DNA of 64,000 nt. Origin: Octopus vulgaris. Taxonomy: Eukaryota. Shown here in pieces: positions 1 through 15,000 of this stretch; positions within the stretch are counted from its first letter, which is position 1, and each line of letters opens with the position of its first letter. The position numbers and the translations under genes are program-made. The stretch covers positions 127,472,001-127,536,000 of the forward strand of contig OX597815.1 in the NCBI GenBank assembly GCA_951406725.2. The letters run 5' to 3'. The notes beneath the pieces were generated by a model. The model saw only the letters and a list, made by a program, of their open reading frames with translations, was not told where the DNA came from and ran no database searches.

Positions 1-3000
1 CTTTAAAAATTTATCTTAATATTTCTATTCGTTGTTACTACGTTTATTCATACATTGTTACGAAAATTTAACCTTTTAAGGCTACTTTCAAGCCTTCGCC
101 ATAACTTGATTTATCTTTCTATCTCTCTCTCTACAAAATTTAACCTTAGGCTGAGGCTACCTCAAGCCGTAATCCCATCTCTTCCCATCTCTTCCCATCT
201 TTCTCTTTCCCATCTTTCAGCCATTGGCGGTCTTTTTCCTCCTCTTACCATTACGATTCTACAATTTAAATTCCCAATTCAACTAACTTACTTCTTCAAT
301 TTCAACTCCCGATCGATGTCCGCAGCAAGTTCTTTAAAAATTTATCTTAATATTTCTATTCGTTGTTACTACGTTTATTCATACATTGTTACGAAAATTT
401 AACCTTTTAAGGCTACTTTCAAGCCTTCGCCATAACTTGATTTATCTTTCTATCTCTCTCTCTACAAAATTTAACCTTAGGCTAGGCTACCTCAAGCCGT
501 AATCCCATCTCTTCCCATCTCTTCCCATCTTTCAGCCATTTGGCGGTCTTTTTTTCCTCCTCTTACCATTACGATTCTACAATTTAAATTCCCAATTCAA
601 CTAACTTACTTCTTCAATTTCAACTCCCGATCGATGTCCGCAGCAAGTTCTTTAAAAATTTATCTTAATATTTCTATTCGTTGTTACTACGTTTATTCAT
701 ACATTGTTACGAAAATTTAACCTTTTAAGGCTACTTTCAAGCCTTCGCCATAACTTGATTTATCTTTCTATCTCTCTCTCTACAAAATTTAACCTTAGGC
801 GAGGCTACCTCAAGCCGTAATCCCATCTCTTCCCATCTCTTTCCATCTTTCAGCCATTTTCAGCCATTGGCGGTCTTTTTCCTCCTCTTACCATTACGAT
901 TCTACAATTTAAATTCCCAATTCAACTAACTTACTTCTTCAATTTCAACTCCCGATCGATGTCCGCAGCAAGTTCTTTAAAAATTTATCTTAATATTTCT
1001 ATTCGTTGTTACTACGTTTATTCATACATTGTTACGAAAATTTAACCTTTTAAGGCTACTTTCAAGCCTTCGCCATAACTTGATTTATCTTTCTATCTCT
1101 CTCTCTACAAAATTTAACCTTAGGCGAGGCTACCTCAAGCCGTAATCCCATCTCTTCCCATCTCTTTCCATCTTTCAGCCATTTGGCGGTCTTTTTTCCT
1201 CCTCTTACCATTACGATTCTACAATTTAAATTCCCAATTCAACTAACTTACTTCTTCAATTTCAACTCCCGACCGATGTCCGCAGCAAGTTCTTTAAAAA
1301 TTTATCTTAATATTTCTATTCGTTGTTACTACGTTTATTCATACATTGTTACGAAAATTTAACCTTTTAAGGCTACTTTCAAGCCTTCGCCATAACTTGA
1401 TTTATCTTTCTATCTCTCTCTCTACAAAATTTAACCTTAGGCGAGGCTACCTCAAGCCGTAATCCCATCTCTTCCCATCTCTTTCCATCTTTCAGCCATT
1501 TGGCGGTCTTTTTTCCTCCTCTTACCATTACGATTCTACAATTTAAATTCCCAATTCAACTAACTTACTTCTTCAATTTCAACTCCCGACCGATGTCCGC
1601 AGCAAGTTCTTTAAAAATTTATCTTAATATTTCTATTCGTTGTTACTACGTTTATTCATACATTGTTACGAAAATTTAACCTTTTAAGGCTACTTTCAAG
1701 CCTTCGCCATAACTTGATTTATCTTTCTATCTCTCTCTCTACAAAATTTAACCTTAGGCGAGGCTACCTCAAGCCGTAATCCCATCTCTTCCCATCTCTT
1801 CTCCATCTTTCAGCCATTTGGCGGTCTTTTTTCCTCCTCTTACCATTACGATTCTACAATTTAAATTCCCAATTCAACTAACTTACTTCTTCAATTTCAA
1901 CTCCCGACCGATGTCCGCAGCAAGTTCTTTAAAAATTTATCTTAATATTTCTATTCGTTGTTACTACGTTTATTCATACATTGTTACGAAAATTTAACCT
2001 TTTAAGGCTACTTTCAAGCCTTCGCCATAACTTGATTTATCTTTCTATCTCTCTCTCTACAAAATTTAACCTTAGGCGAGGCTACCTCAAGCCGTAATCC
2101 CATCTCTTCCCATCTCTTTCCATCTTTCAGCCATTTGGCGGTCTTTTTTTCCTCCTCTTACCATTACGATTCTACAATTTAAATTCCCAATTCAACTAAC
2201 TTACTTCTTCAATTTCAACTCCCGACCGATGTCCGCAGCAAGTTCTTTAAAAATTTATCTTAATATTTCTATTCGTTGTTACTACGTTTATTCATACATT
2301 GTTACGAAAATTTAACCTTTTAAGGCTACTTTCAAGCCTTCGCCATAACTTGATTTATCTTTCTATCTCTCTCTCTACAAAATTTAACCTTAGGCGAGGC
2401 TACCTCAAGCCGTAATCCCATCTCTTCCCATCTCTTCCCATCTTTCAGCCATTTGGCGGTCTTTTTTCCTCCTCTTACCATTACGATTCTACAATTTAAA
2501 TTCCCAATTCAACTAACTTACTTCTTCAATTTCAACTCCCGACCGATGTCCGCAGCAAGTTCTTTAAAAATTTATCTTAATATTTCTATTCGTTGTTACT
2601 ACGTTTATTCATACATTGTTACGAAAATTTAACCTTTTAAGGCTACTTTCAAGCCTTCGCCATAACTTGATTTATCTTTCTATCTCTCTCTCTACAAAAT
2701 TTAACCTTAGGCGAGGCTACCTCAAGCCGTAATCCCATCTCTTCCCATCTCTTTCCCATCTTTCAGCCATTTGGCGGTCTTTTTCCTCCTCTTACCATTA
2801 CGATTCTACAATTTAAATTCCCAATTCAACTAACTTACTTCTTCAATTTCAACTCCCGATCGATGTCCGCAGCAAGTTCTTTAAAAATTTATCTTAATAT
2901 TTCTATTCGTTGTTACTACGTTTATTCATACATTGTTACGAAAATTTAACCTTTTAAGGCTACTTTCAAGCCTTCGCCATAACTTGATTTATCTTTCTAT

Positions 3001-6000
3001 CTCTCTCTCTACAAAATTTAACCTTAGGCGAGGCTACCTCAAGCCGTAATCCCATCTCTTCCCATCTCTTTCCATCTTTCAGCCATTTGGCGGTCTTTTT
3101 TCCTCCTCTTACCATTACGATTCTACAATTTAAATTCCCAATTCAACTAACTTACTTCTTCAATTTCAACTCCCGATCGATGTCCGCAGCAAGTTCTTTA
3201 AAAATTTATCTTAATATTTCTATTCGTTGTTACTACGTTTATTCATACATTGTTACGAAAATTTAACCTTTTAAGGCTACTTTCAAGCCTTCGCCATAAC
3301 TTGATTTATCTTTCTATCTCTCTCTCTACAAATATTTAACCTTAGGCGAGGCTACCTCAAGCCGTAATCCCATCTCTTCCCATCTCTTCCCATCTTTCAG
3401 CCATTTGGCGGTCTTTTTTTTTTCCTCCTCTTACCATTACGATTCTACAATTTAAATTCCCAATTCAACTAACTTACTTCTTCAATTTCAACTCCCGATC
3501 GATGTCCGCAGCAAGTTCTTTAAAAATTTATCTTAATATTTCTATTCGTTGTTACTACGTTTATTCATACATTGTTACGAAAATTTAACCTTTTAAGGCT
3601 ACTTTCAAGCCTTCGCCATAACTTGATTTATCTTTCTATCTCTCTCTCTACAAAATTTAACCTTAGGCGAGGCTACCTCAAGCCGTAATCCCATCTCTTC
3701 CCATCTCTTTCCATCTTTCAGCCATTTTCAGGCGGTCTTTTTTCCTCCTCTTACCATTACGATTCTACAATTTAAATTCCCAATTCAACTAACTTACTTC
3801 TTCAATTTCAACTCCCGATCGATGTCCGCAGCAAGTTCTTTAAAAATTTATCTTAATATTTCTATTCGTTGTTACTACGTTTATTCATACATTGTTACGA
3901 AAATTTAACCTTTTAAGGCTACTTTCAAGCCTTCGCCATAACTTGATTTATCTTTCTATCTCTCTCTCTACAAAATTTAACCTTAGGCGAGGCTACCTCA
4001 AGCCGTAATCCCATCTCTTCCCTCTTCCATCTCTTTTCCCATCTTTCAGCCATTTGGCGGTCTTTTTTCCTCCTCTTACCATTACGATTCTACAATTTAA
4101 ATTCCCAATTCAACTAACTTACTTCTTCAATTTCAACTCCCGATCGATGTCCGCAGCAAGTTCTTTAAAAATTTATCTTAATATTTCTATTCGTTGTTAC
4201 TACGTTTATTCATACATTGTTACGAAAATTTAACCTTTTAAGGCTACTTTCAAGCCTTCGCCATAACTTGATTTATCTTTCTATCTCTCTCTCTACAAAA
4301 TTTAACCTTAGGCGAGGCTACCTCAAGCCGTAATCCCATCTCTTCCCATCTCTTTCCATCTTTCAGCCATTTGGCGGTCTTTTTTCCTCCTCCTCTTCCT
4401 CTTACCATTACGATTCTACAATTTAAATTCCCAATTCAACTAACTTACTTCTTCAATTTCAACTCCCGACCGATGTCCGCAGCAAGTTCTTTAAAAATTT
4501 ATCTTAATATTTCTATTCGTTGTTACTACGTTTATTCATACATTGTTACGAAAATTTAACCTTTTAAGGCTACTTTCAAGCCTTCGCCATAACTTGATTT
4601 ATCTTTCTATCTCTCTCTCTACAAAATTTAACCTTAGGCGAGGCTACCTCAAGCCGTAATCCCATCTCTTCCCATCTCTTTCCATCTTTCAGCCATTTGG
4701 CGGTCTTTTTTCCTCCTCTTACCATTACGATTCTACAATTTAAATTCCCAATTCAACTAACTTACTTCTTCAATTTCAACTCCCGACCGATGTCCGCAGC
4801 AAGTTCTTTAAAAATTTATCTTAATATTTCTATTCGTTGTTACTACGTTTATTCATACATTGTTACGAAAATTTAACCTTTTAAGGCTACTTTCAAGCCT
4901 TCGCCATAACTTGATTTATCTTTCTATCTCTCTCTCTACAAAATTTAACCTTAGGCGAGGCTACCTCAAGCCGTAATCCCATCTCTTCCCATCTCTTTCC
5001 ATCTTTCAGCCATTTGGCGGTCTTTTTTTTCCTCCTCTTACCATTACGATTCTACAATTTAAATTCCCAATTCAACTAACTTACTTCTTCAATTTCAACT
5101 CCCGACCGATGTCCGCAGCAAGTTCTTTAAAAATTTATCTTAATATTTCTATTCGTTGTTACTACGTTTATTCATACATTGTTACGAAAATTTAACCTTT
5201 TAAGGCTACTTTCAAGCCTTCGCCATAACTTGATTTATCTTTCTATCTCTCTCTCTACAAAATTTAACCTTAGGCGAGGCTACCTCAAGCCGTAATCCCA
5301 TCTCTTCCCATCTCTTTCCATCTTTCAGCCATTTGGCGGTCTTTTTTCCTCCTCTTACCATTACGATTCTACAATTTAAATTCCCAATTCAACTAACTTA
5401 CTTCTTCAATTTCAACTCCCGACCGATGTCCGCAGCAAGTTCTTTAAAAATTTATCTTAATATTTCTATTCGTTGTTACTACGTTTATTCATACATTGTT
5501 ACGAAAATTTAACCTTTTAAGGCTACTTTCAAGCCTTCGCCATAACTTGATTTATCTTTCTATCTCTCTCTCTACAAAATTTAACCTTAGGCGAGGCTAC
5601 CTCAAGCCGTAATCCCATCTCTTCCCATCTCTTTCCATCTTTCAGCCATTTGGCGGTCTTTTTTCCTCCTCTTACCATTACGATTCTACAATTTAAATTC
5701 CCAATTCAACTAACTTACTTCTTCAATTTCAACTCCCGACCGATGTCCGCAGCAAGTTCTTTAAAAATTTATCTTAATATTTCTATTCGTTGTTACTACG
5801 TTTATTCATACATTGTTACGAAAATTTAACCTTTTAAGGCTACTTTCAAGCCTTCGCCATAACTTGATTTATCTTTCTATCTCTCTCTCTACAAAATTTA
5901 ACCTTAGGCGAGGCTACCTCAAGCCGTAATCCCATCTCTTCCCATCTCTTTCCATCTTTCAGCCATTTGGCGGTCTTTTTTCCTCCTCTTACCATTACGA

Positions 6001-9000
6001 TTCTACAATTTAAATTCCCAATTCAACTAACTTACTTCTTCAATTTCAACTCCCGACCGATGTCCGCAGCAAGTTCTTTAAAAATTTATCTTAATATTTC
6101 TATTCGTTGTTACTACGTTTATTCATACATTGTTACGAAAATTTAACCTTTTAAGGCTACTTTCAAGCCTTCGCCATAACTTGATTTATCTTTCTATCTC
6201 TCTCTCTACAAAATTTAACCTTAGGCGAGGCTACCTCAAGCCGTAATCCCATCTCTTCCCATCTCTTTCCATCTTTCAGCCATTTGGCGGTCTTTTTTCC
6301 TCCTCTTACCATTACGATTCTACAATTTAAATTCCCAATTCAACTAACTTACTTCTTCAATTTCAACTCCCGACCGATGTCCGCAGCAAGTTCTTTAAAA
6401 ATTTATCTTAATATTTCTATTCGTTGTTACTACGTTTATTCATACATTGTTACGAAAATTTAACCTTTTAAGGCTACTTTCAAGCCTTCGCCATAACTTG
6501 ATTTATCTTTCTATCTCTCTCTCTACAAAATTTAACCTTAGGCGAGGCTACCTCAAGCCGTAATCCCATCTCTTCCCATCTCTTTCCATCTTTCAGCCAT
6601 TTGGCGGTCTTTTTTTCCTCCTCTTACCATTACGATTCTACAATTTAAATTCCCAATTCAACTAACTTACTTCTTCAATTTCAACTCCCGACCGATGTCC
6701 GCAGCAAGTTCTTTAAAAATTTATCTTAATATTTCTATTCGTTGTTACTACGTTTATTCATACATTGTTACGAAAATTTAACCTTTTAAGGCTACTTTCA
6801 AGCCTTCGCCATAACTTGATTTATCTTTCTATCTCTCTCTCTACAAAATTTAACCTTAGGCGAGGCTACCTCAAGCCGTAATCCCATCTCTTCCCATCTC
6901 TTTCCATCTTTCAGCCATTTGGCGGTCTTTTTTCCTCCTCTTACCATTACGATTCTACAATTTAAATTCCCAATTCAACTAACTTACTTCTTCAATTTCA
7001 ACTCCCGACCGATGTCCGCAGCAAGTTCTTTAAAAATTTATCTTAATATTTCTATTCGTTGTTACTACGTTTATTCATACATTGTTACGAAAATTTAACC
7101 TTTTAAGGCTACTTTCAAGCCTTCGCCATAACTTGATTTATCTTTCTATCTCTCTCTCTACAAAATTTAACCTTAGGCGAGGCTACCTCAAGCCGTAATC
7201 CCATCTCTTCCCATCTCTTTCCATCTTTCAGCCATTTGGCGGTCTTTTTTTCCTCCTCTTACCATTACGATTCTACAATTTAAATTCCCAATTCAACTAA
7301 CTTACTTCTTCAATTTCAACTCCCGACCGATGTCCGCAGCAAGTTCTTTAAAAATTTATCTTAATATTTCTATTCGTTGTTACTACGTTTATTCATACAT
7401 TGTTACGAAAATTTAACCTTTTAAGGCTACTTTCAAGCCTTCGCCATAACTTGATTTATCTTTCTATCTCTCTCTCTACAAAATTTAACCTTAGGCGAGG
7501 CTACCTCAAGCCGTAATCCCATCTCTTCCCATCTCTTTCCATCTTTCAGCCATTTGGCGGTCTTTTTTCCTCCTCTTACCATTACGATTCTACAATTTAA
7601 ATTCCCAATTCAACTAACTTACTTCTTCAATTTCAACTCCCGACCGATGTCCGCAGCAAGTTCTTTAAAAATTTATCTTAATATTTCTATTCGTTGTTAC
7701 TACGTTTATTCATACATTGTTACGAAAATTTAACCTTTTAAGGCTACTTTCAAGCCTTCGCCATAACTTGATTTATCTTTCTATCTCTCTCTCTACAAAA
7801 TTTAACCTTAGGCGAGGCTACCTCAAGCCGTAATCCCATCTCTTCCCATCTCTTTCCATTTTCCATCTTTCAGCCATTTGGCGGTCTTTTTTTCCTCCTC
7901 TTACCATTACGATTCTACAATTTAAATTCCCAATTCAACTAACTTACTTCTTCAATTTCAACTCCCGACCGATGTCCGCAGCAAGTTCTTTAAAAATTTA
8001 TCTTAATATTTCTATTCGTTGTTACTACGTTTATTCATACATTGTTACGAAAATTTAACCTTTTAAGGCTACTTTCAAGCCTTCGCCATAACTTGATTTA
8101 TCTTTCTATCTCTCTCTCTACAAAATTTAACCTTAGGCGAGGCTACCTCAAGCCGTAATCCCATCTCTTCCCATCTCTTTCCATCTTTCAGCCATTTGGC
8201 GGTCTTTTTTCCTCCTCTTACCATTACGATTCTACAATTTAAATTCCCAATTCAACTAACTTACTTCTTCAATTTCAACTCCCGACCGATGTCCGCAGCA
8301 AGTTCTTTAAAAATTTATCTTAATATTTCTATTCGTTGTTACTACGTTTATTCATACATTGTTACGAAAATTTAACCTTTTAAGGCTACTTTCAAGCCTT
8401 CGCCATAACTTGATTTATCTTTCTATCTCTCTCTCTACAAAATTTAACCTTAGGCGAGGCTACCTCAAGCCGTAATCCCATCTCTTCCCATCTCTTTCCA
8501 TCTTTCAGCCATTTGGCGGTCTTTTTTCCTCCTCTTACCATTACGATTCTACAATTTAAATTCCCAATTCAACTAACTTACTTCTTCAATTTCAACTCCC
8601 GACCGATGTCCGCAGCAAGTTCTTTAAAAATTTATCTTAATATTTCTATTCGTTGTTACTACGTTTATTCATACATTGTTACGAAAATTTAACCTTTTAA
8701 GGCTACTTTCAAGCCTTCGCCATAACTTGATTTATCTTTCTATCTCTCTCTCTACAAAATTTAACCTTAGGCAGGCTACCTCAAGCCGTAATCCCATCTC
8801 TTCCCATCTCTTTCCATCTTTCAGCCATTTGGCGGTCTTTTTTCCTCCTCTTACCATTACGATTCTACAATTTAAATTCCCAATTCAACTAACTTACTTC
8901 TTCAATTTCAACTCCCGACCGATGTCCGCAGCAAGTTCTTTAAAAATTTATCTTAATATTTCTATTCGTTGTTACTACGTTTATTCATACATTGTTACGA

Positions 9001-12000
9001 AAATTTAACCTTTTAAGGCTACTTTCAAGCCTTCGCCATAACTTGATTTATCTTTCTATCTCTCTCTCTACAAAATTTAACCTTAGGCAGGCTACCTCAA
9101 GCCGTAATCCCATCTCTTCCCATCTCTTTCCATCTTTCAGCCATTTGGCGGTCTTTTTTTCCTCCTCTTACCATTACGATTCTACAATTTAAATTCCCAA
9201 TTCAACTAACTTACTTCTTCAATTTCAACTCCCGACCGATGTCCGCAGCAAGTTCTTTAAAAATTTATCTTAATATTTCTATTCGTTGTTACTACGTTTA
9301 TTCATACATTGTTACGAAAATTTAACCTTTTAAGGCTACTTTCAAGCCTTCGCCATAACTTGATTTATCTTTCTATCTCTCTCTCTACAAAATTTAACCT
9401 TAGGCGAGGCTACCTCAAGCCGTAATCCCATCTCTTCCCATCTCTTTCCATCTTTCAGCCATTTGGCGGTCTTTTTTTCCTCCTCTTACCATTACGATTC
9501 TACAATTTAAATTCCCAATTCAACTAACTTACTTCTTCAATTTCAACTCCCGACCGATGTCCGCAGCAAGTTCTTTAAAAATTTATCTTAATATTTCTAT
9601 TCGTTGTTACTACGTTTATTCATACATTGTTACGAAAATTTAACCTTTTAAGGCTACTTTCAAGCCTTCGCCATAACTTGATTTATCTTTCTATCTCTCT
9701 CTCTACAAAATTTAACCTTAGGCGAGGCTACCTCAAGCCGTAATCCCATCTCTTCCCATCTCTTTCCATCTTTCAGCCATTTGGCGGTCTTTTTTCCTCC
9801 TCTTACCATTACGATTCTACAATTTAAATTCCCAATTCAACTAACTTACTTCTTCAATTTCAACTCCCGACCGATGTCCGCAGCAAGTTCTTTAAAAATT
9901 TATCTTAATATTTCTATTCGTTGTTACTACGTTTATTCATACATTGTTACGAAAATTTAACCTTTTAAGGCTACTTTCAAGCCTTCGCCATAACTTGATT
10001 TATCTTTCTATCTCTCTCTCTACAAAATTTAACCTTAGGCGAGGCTACCTCAAGCCGTAATCCCATCTCTTCCCATCTCTTTCCATCTTTCAGCCATTTG
10101 GCGGTCTTTTTTCCTCCTCTTACCATTACGATTCTACAATTTAAATTCCCAATTCAACTAACTTACTTCTTCAATTTCAACTCCCGACCGATGTCCGCAG
10201 CAAGTTCTTTAAAAATTTATCTTAATATTTCTATTCGTTGTTACTACGTTTATTCATACATTGTTACGAAAATTTAACCTTTTAAGGCTACTTTCAAGCC
10301 TTCGCCATAACTTGATTTATCTTTCTATCTCTCTCTCTACAAAATTTAACCTTAGGCGAGGCTACCTCAAGCCGTAATCCCATCTCTTCCCATCTCTTTC
10401 CATCTTTCAGCCATTTGGCGGTCTTTTTTTTCCTCCTCTTACCATTACGATTCTACAATTTAAATTCCCAATTCAACTAACTTACTTCTTCAATTTCAAC
10501 TCCCGACCGATGTCCGCAGCAAGTTCTTTAAAAATTTATCTTAATATTTCTATTCGTTGTTACTACGTTTATTCATACATTGTTACGAAAATTTAACCTT
10601 TTAAGGCTACTTTCAAGCCTTCGCCATAACTTGATTTATCTTTCTATCTCTCTCTCTACAAAATTTAACCTTAGGCGAGGCTACCTCAAGCCGTAATCCC
10701 ATCTCTTCCCATCTCTTTCCATCTTTCAGCCATTTGGCGGTCTTTTTTCCTCCTCTTACCATTACGATTCTACAATTTAAATTCCCAATTCAACTAACTT
10801 ACTTCTTCAATTTCAACTCCCGACCGATGTCCGCAGCAAGTTCTTTAAAAATTTATCTTAATATTTCTATTCGTTGTTACTACGTTTATTCATACATTGT
10901 TACGAAAATTTAACCTTTTAAGGCTACTTTCAAGCCTTCGCCATAACTTGATTTATCTTTCTATCTCTCTCTCTACAAAATTTAACCTTAGGCGAGGCTA
11001 CCTCAAGCCGTAATCCCATCTCTTCCCATCTCTTTCCATCTTTCAGCCATTTGGCGGTCTTTTTTTTCCTCCTCTTACCATTACGATTCTACAATTTAAA
11101 TTCCCAATTCAACTAACTTACTTCTTCAATTTCAACTCCCGACCGATGTCCGCAGCAAGTTCTTTAAAAATTTATCTTAATATTTCTATTCGTTGTTACT
11201 ACGTTTATTCATACATTGTTACGAAAATTTAACCTTTTAAGGCTACTTTCAAGCCTTCGCCATAACTTGATTTATCTTTCTATCTCTCTCTCTACAAAAT
11301 TTAACCTTAGGCGAGGCTACCTCAAGCCGTAATCCCATCTCTTCCCATCTCTTTCCATCTTTCAGCCATTTGGCGGTCTTTTTTTCCTCCTCTTACCATT
11401 ACGATTCTACAATTTAAATTCCCAATTCAACTAACTTACTTCTTCAATTTCAACTCCCGACCGATGTCCGCAGCAAGTTCTTTAAAAATTTATCTTAATA
11501 TTTCTATTCGTTGTTACTACGTTTATTCATACATTGTTACGAAAATTTAACCTTTTAAGGCTACTTTCAAGCCTTCGCCATAACTTGATTTATCTTTCTA
11601 TCTCTCTCTACAAAATTTAACCTTAGGCGAGGCTACCTCAAGCCGTAATCCCATCTCTTCCCATCTCTTTCCATCTTTCAGCCATTTGGCGGTCTTTTTT
11701 CCTCCTCTTACCATTACGATTCTACAATTTAAATTCCCAATTCAACTAACTTACTTCTTCAATTTCAACTCCCGACCGATGTCCGCAGCAAGTTCTTTAA
11801 AAATTTATCTTAATATTTCTATTCGTTGTTACTACGTTTATTCATACATTGTTACGAAAATTTAACCTTTTAAGGCTACTTTCAAGCCTTCGCCATAACT
11901 TGATTTATCTTTCTATCTCTCTCTCTACAAAATTTAACCTTAGGCGAGGCTACCTCAAGCCGTAATCCCATCTCTTCCCATCTCTTTCCATCTTTCAGCC

Positions 12001-15000
12001 ATTTGGCGGTCTTTTTTCCTCCTCTTACCATTACGATTCTACAATTTAAATTCCCAATTCAACTAACTTACTTCTTCAATTTCAACTCCCGACCGATGTC
12101 CGCAGCAAGTTCTTTAAAAATTTATCTTAATATTTCTATTCGTTGTTACTACGTTTATTCATACATTGTTACGAAAATTTAACCTTTTAAGGCTACTTTC
12201 AAGCCTTCGCCATAACTTGATTTATCTTTCTATCTCTCTCTCTACAAAATTTAACCTTAGGCGAGGCTACCTCAAGCCGTAATCCCATCTCTTCCCATCT
12301 CTTTCCATCTTTCAGCCATTTGGCGGTCTTTTTTCCTCCTCTTACCATTACGATTCTACAATTTAAATTCCCAATTCAACTAACTTACTTCTTCAATTTC
12401 AACTCCCGACCGATGTCCGCAGCAAGTTCTTTAAAAATTTATCTTAATATTTCTATTCGTTGTTACTACGTTTATTCATACATTGTTACGAAAATTTAAC
12501 CTTTTAAGGCTACTTTCAAGCCTTCGCCATAACTTGATTTATCTTTCTATCTCTCTCTCTACAAAATTTAACCTTAGGCGAGGCTACCTCAAGCCGTAAT
12601 CCCATCTCTTCCCATCTCTTTCCATCTTTCAGCCATTTGGCGGTCTTTTTTCCTCCTCTTACCATTACGATTCTACAATTTAAATTCCCAATTCAACTAA
12701 CTTACTTCTTCAATTTCAACTCCCGACCGATGTCCGCAGCAAGTTCTTTAAAAATTTATCTTAATATTTCTATTCGTTGTTACTACGTTTATTCATACAT
12801 TGTTACGAAAATTTAACCTTTTAAGGCTACTTTCAAGCCTTCGCCATAACTTGATTTATCTTTCTATCTCTCTCTCTACAAAATTTAACCTTAGGCGAGG
12901 CTACCTCAAGCCGTAATCCCATCTCTTCCCATCTCTTTCCATCTTTCAGCCATTTGGCGGTCTTTTTTTCCTCCTCTTACCATTACGATTCTACAATTTA
13001 AATTCCCAATTCAACTAACTTACTTCTTCAATTTCAACTCCCGACCGATGTCCGCAGCAAGTTCTTTAAAAATTTATCTTAATATTTCTATTCGTTGTTA
13101 CTACGTTTATTCATACATTGTTACGAAAATTTAACCTTTTAAGGCTACTTTCAAGCCTTCGCCATAACTTGATTTATCTTTCTATCTCTCTCTCTACAAA
13201 ATTTAACCTTAGGCGAGGCTACCTCAAGCCGTAATCCCATCTCTTCCCATCTCTTTCCATCTTTCAGCCATTTGGCGGTCTTTTTCCTCCTCTTACCATT
13301 ACGATTCTACAATTTAAATTCCCAATTCAACTAACTTACTTCTTCAATTTCAACTCCCGACCGATGTCCGCAGCAAGTTCTTTAAAAATTTATCTTAATA
13401 TTTCTATTCGTTGTTACTACGTTTATTCATACATTGTTACGAAAATTTAACCTTTTAAGGCTACTTTCAAGCCTTCGCCATAACTTGATTTATCTTTCTA
13501 TCTCTCTCTCTACAAAATTTAACCTTAGGCGAGGCTACCTCAAGCCGTAATCCCATCTCTTCCCATCTCTTTCCATCTTTCAGCCATTTGGCGGTCTTTT
13601 TTCCTCCTCTTACCATTACGATTCTACAATTTAAATTCCCAATTCAACTAACTTACTTCTTCAATTTCAACTCCCGACCGATGTCCGCAGCAAGTTCTTT
13701 AAAAATTTATCTTAATATTTCTATTCGTTGTTACTACGTTTATTCATACATTGTTACGAAAATTTAACCTTTTAAGGCTACTTTCAAGCCTTCGCCATAA
13801 CTTGATTTATCTTTCTATCTCTCTCTCTACAAAATTTAACCTTAGGCGAGGCTACCTCAAGCCGTAATCCCATCTCTTCCCATCTCTTTCCATCTTTCAG
13901 CCATTTGGCGGTCTTTTTTTCCTCCTCTTACCATTACGATTCTACAATTTAAATTCCCAATTCAACTAACTTACTTCTTCAATTTCAACTCCCGACCGAT
14001 GTCCGCAGCAAGTTCTTTAAAAATTTATCTTAATATTTCTATTCGTTGTTACTACGTTTATTCATACATTGTTACGAAAATTTAACCTTTTAAGGCTACT
14101 TTCAAGCCTTCGCCATAACTTGATTTATCTTTCTATCTCTCTCTCTACAAAATTTAACCTTAGGCGAGGCTACCTCAAGCCGTAATCCCATCTCTTCCCA
14201 TCTCTTTCCATCTTTCAGCCATTTGGCGGTCTTTTTTTCCTCCTCTTACCATTACGATTCTACAATTTAAATTCCCAATTCAACTAACTTACTTCTTCAA
14301 TTTCAACTCCCGACCGATGTCCGCAGCAAGTTCTTTAAAAATTTATCTTAATATTTCTATTCGTTGTTACTACGTTTATTCATACATTGTTACGAAAATT
14401 TAACCTTTTAAGGCTACTTTCAAGCCTTCGCCATAACTTGATTTATCTTTCTATCTCTCTCTCTACAAAATTTAACCTTAGGCGAGGCTACCTCAAGCCG
14501 TAATCCCATCTCTTCCCATCTCTTTCCATCTTTCAGCCATTTGGCGGTCTTTTTTTCCTCCTCTTACCATTACGATTCTACAATTTAAATTCCCAATTCA
14601 ACTAACTTACTTCTTCAATTTCAACTCCCGACCGATGTCCGCAGCAAGTTCTTTAAAAATTTATCTTAATATTTCTATTCGTTGTTACTACGTTTATTCA
14701 TACATTGTTACGAAAATTTAACCTTTTAAGGCTACTTTCAAGCCTTCGCCATAACTTGATTTATCTTTCTATCTCTCTCTCTACAAAATTTAACCTTAGG
14801 CGAGGCTACCTCAAGCCGTAATCCCATCTCTTCCCATCTCTTTCCATCTTTCAGCCATTTGGCGGTCTTTTTTTCCTCCTCTTACCATTACGATTCTACA
14901 ATTTAAATTCCCAATTCAACTAACTTACTTCTTCAATTTCAACTCCCGACCGATGTCCGCAGCAAGTTCTTTAAAAATTTATCTTAATATTTCTATTCGT

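Noticed and set aside
55-9192. ORFs within the satellite (115, 62, 110, 66 aa)
   Set aside because: They open only where indels shift the frame in single monomers, start at non-ATG codons and show no protein motif.
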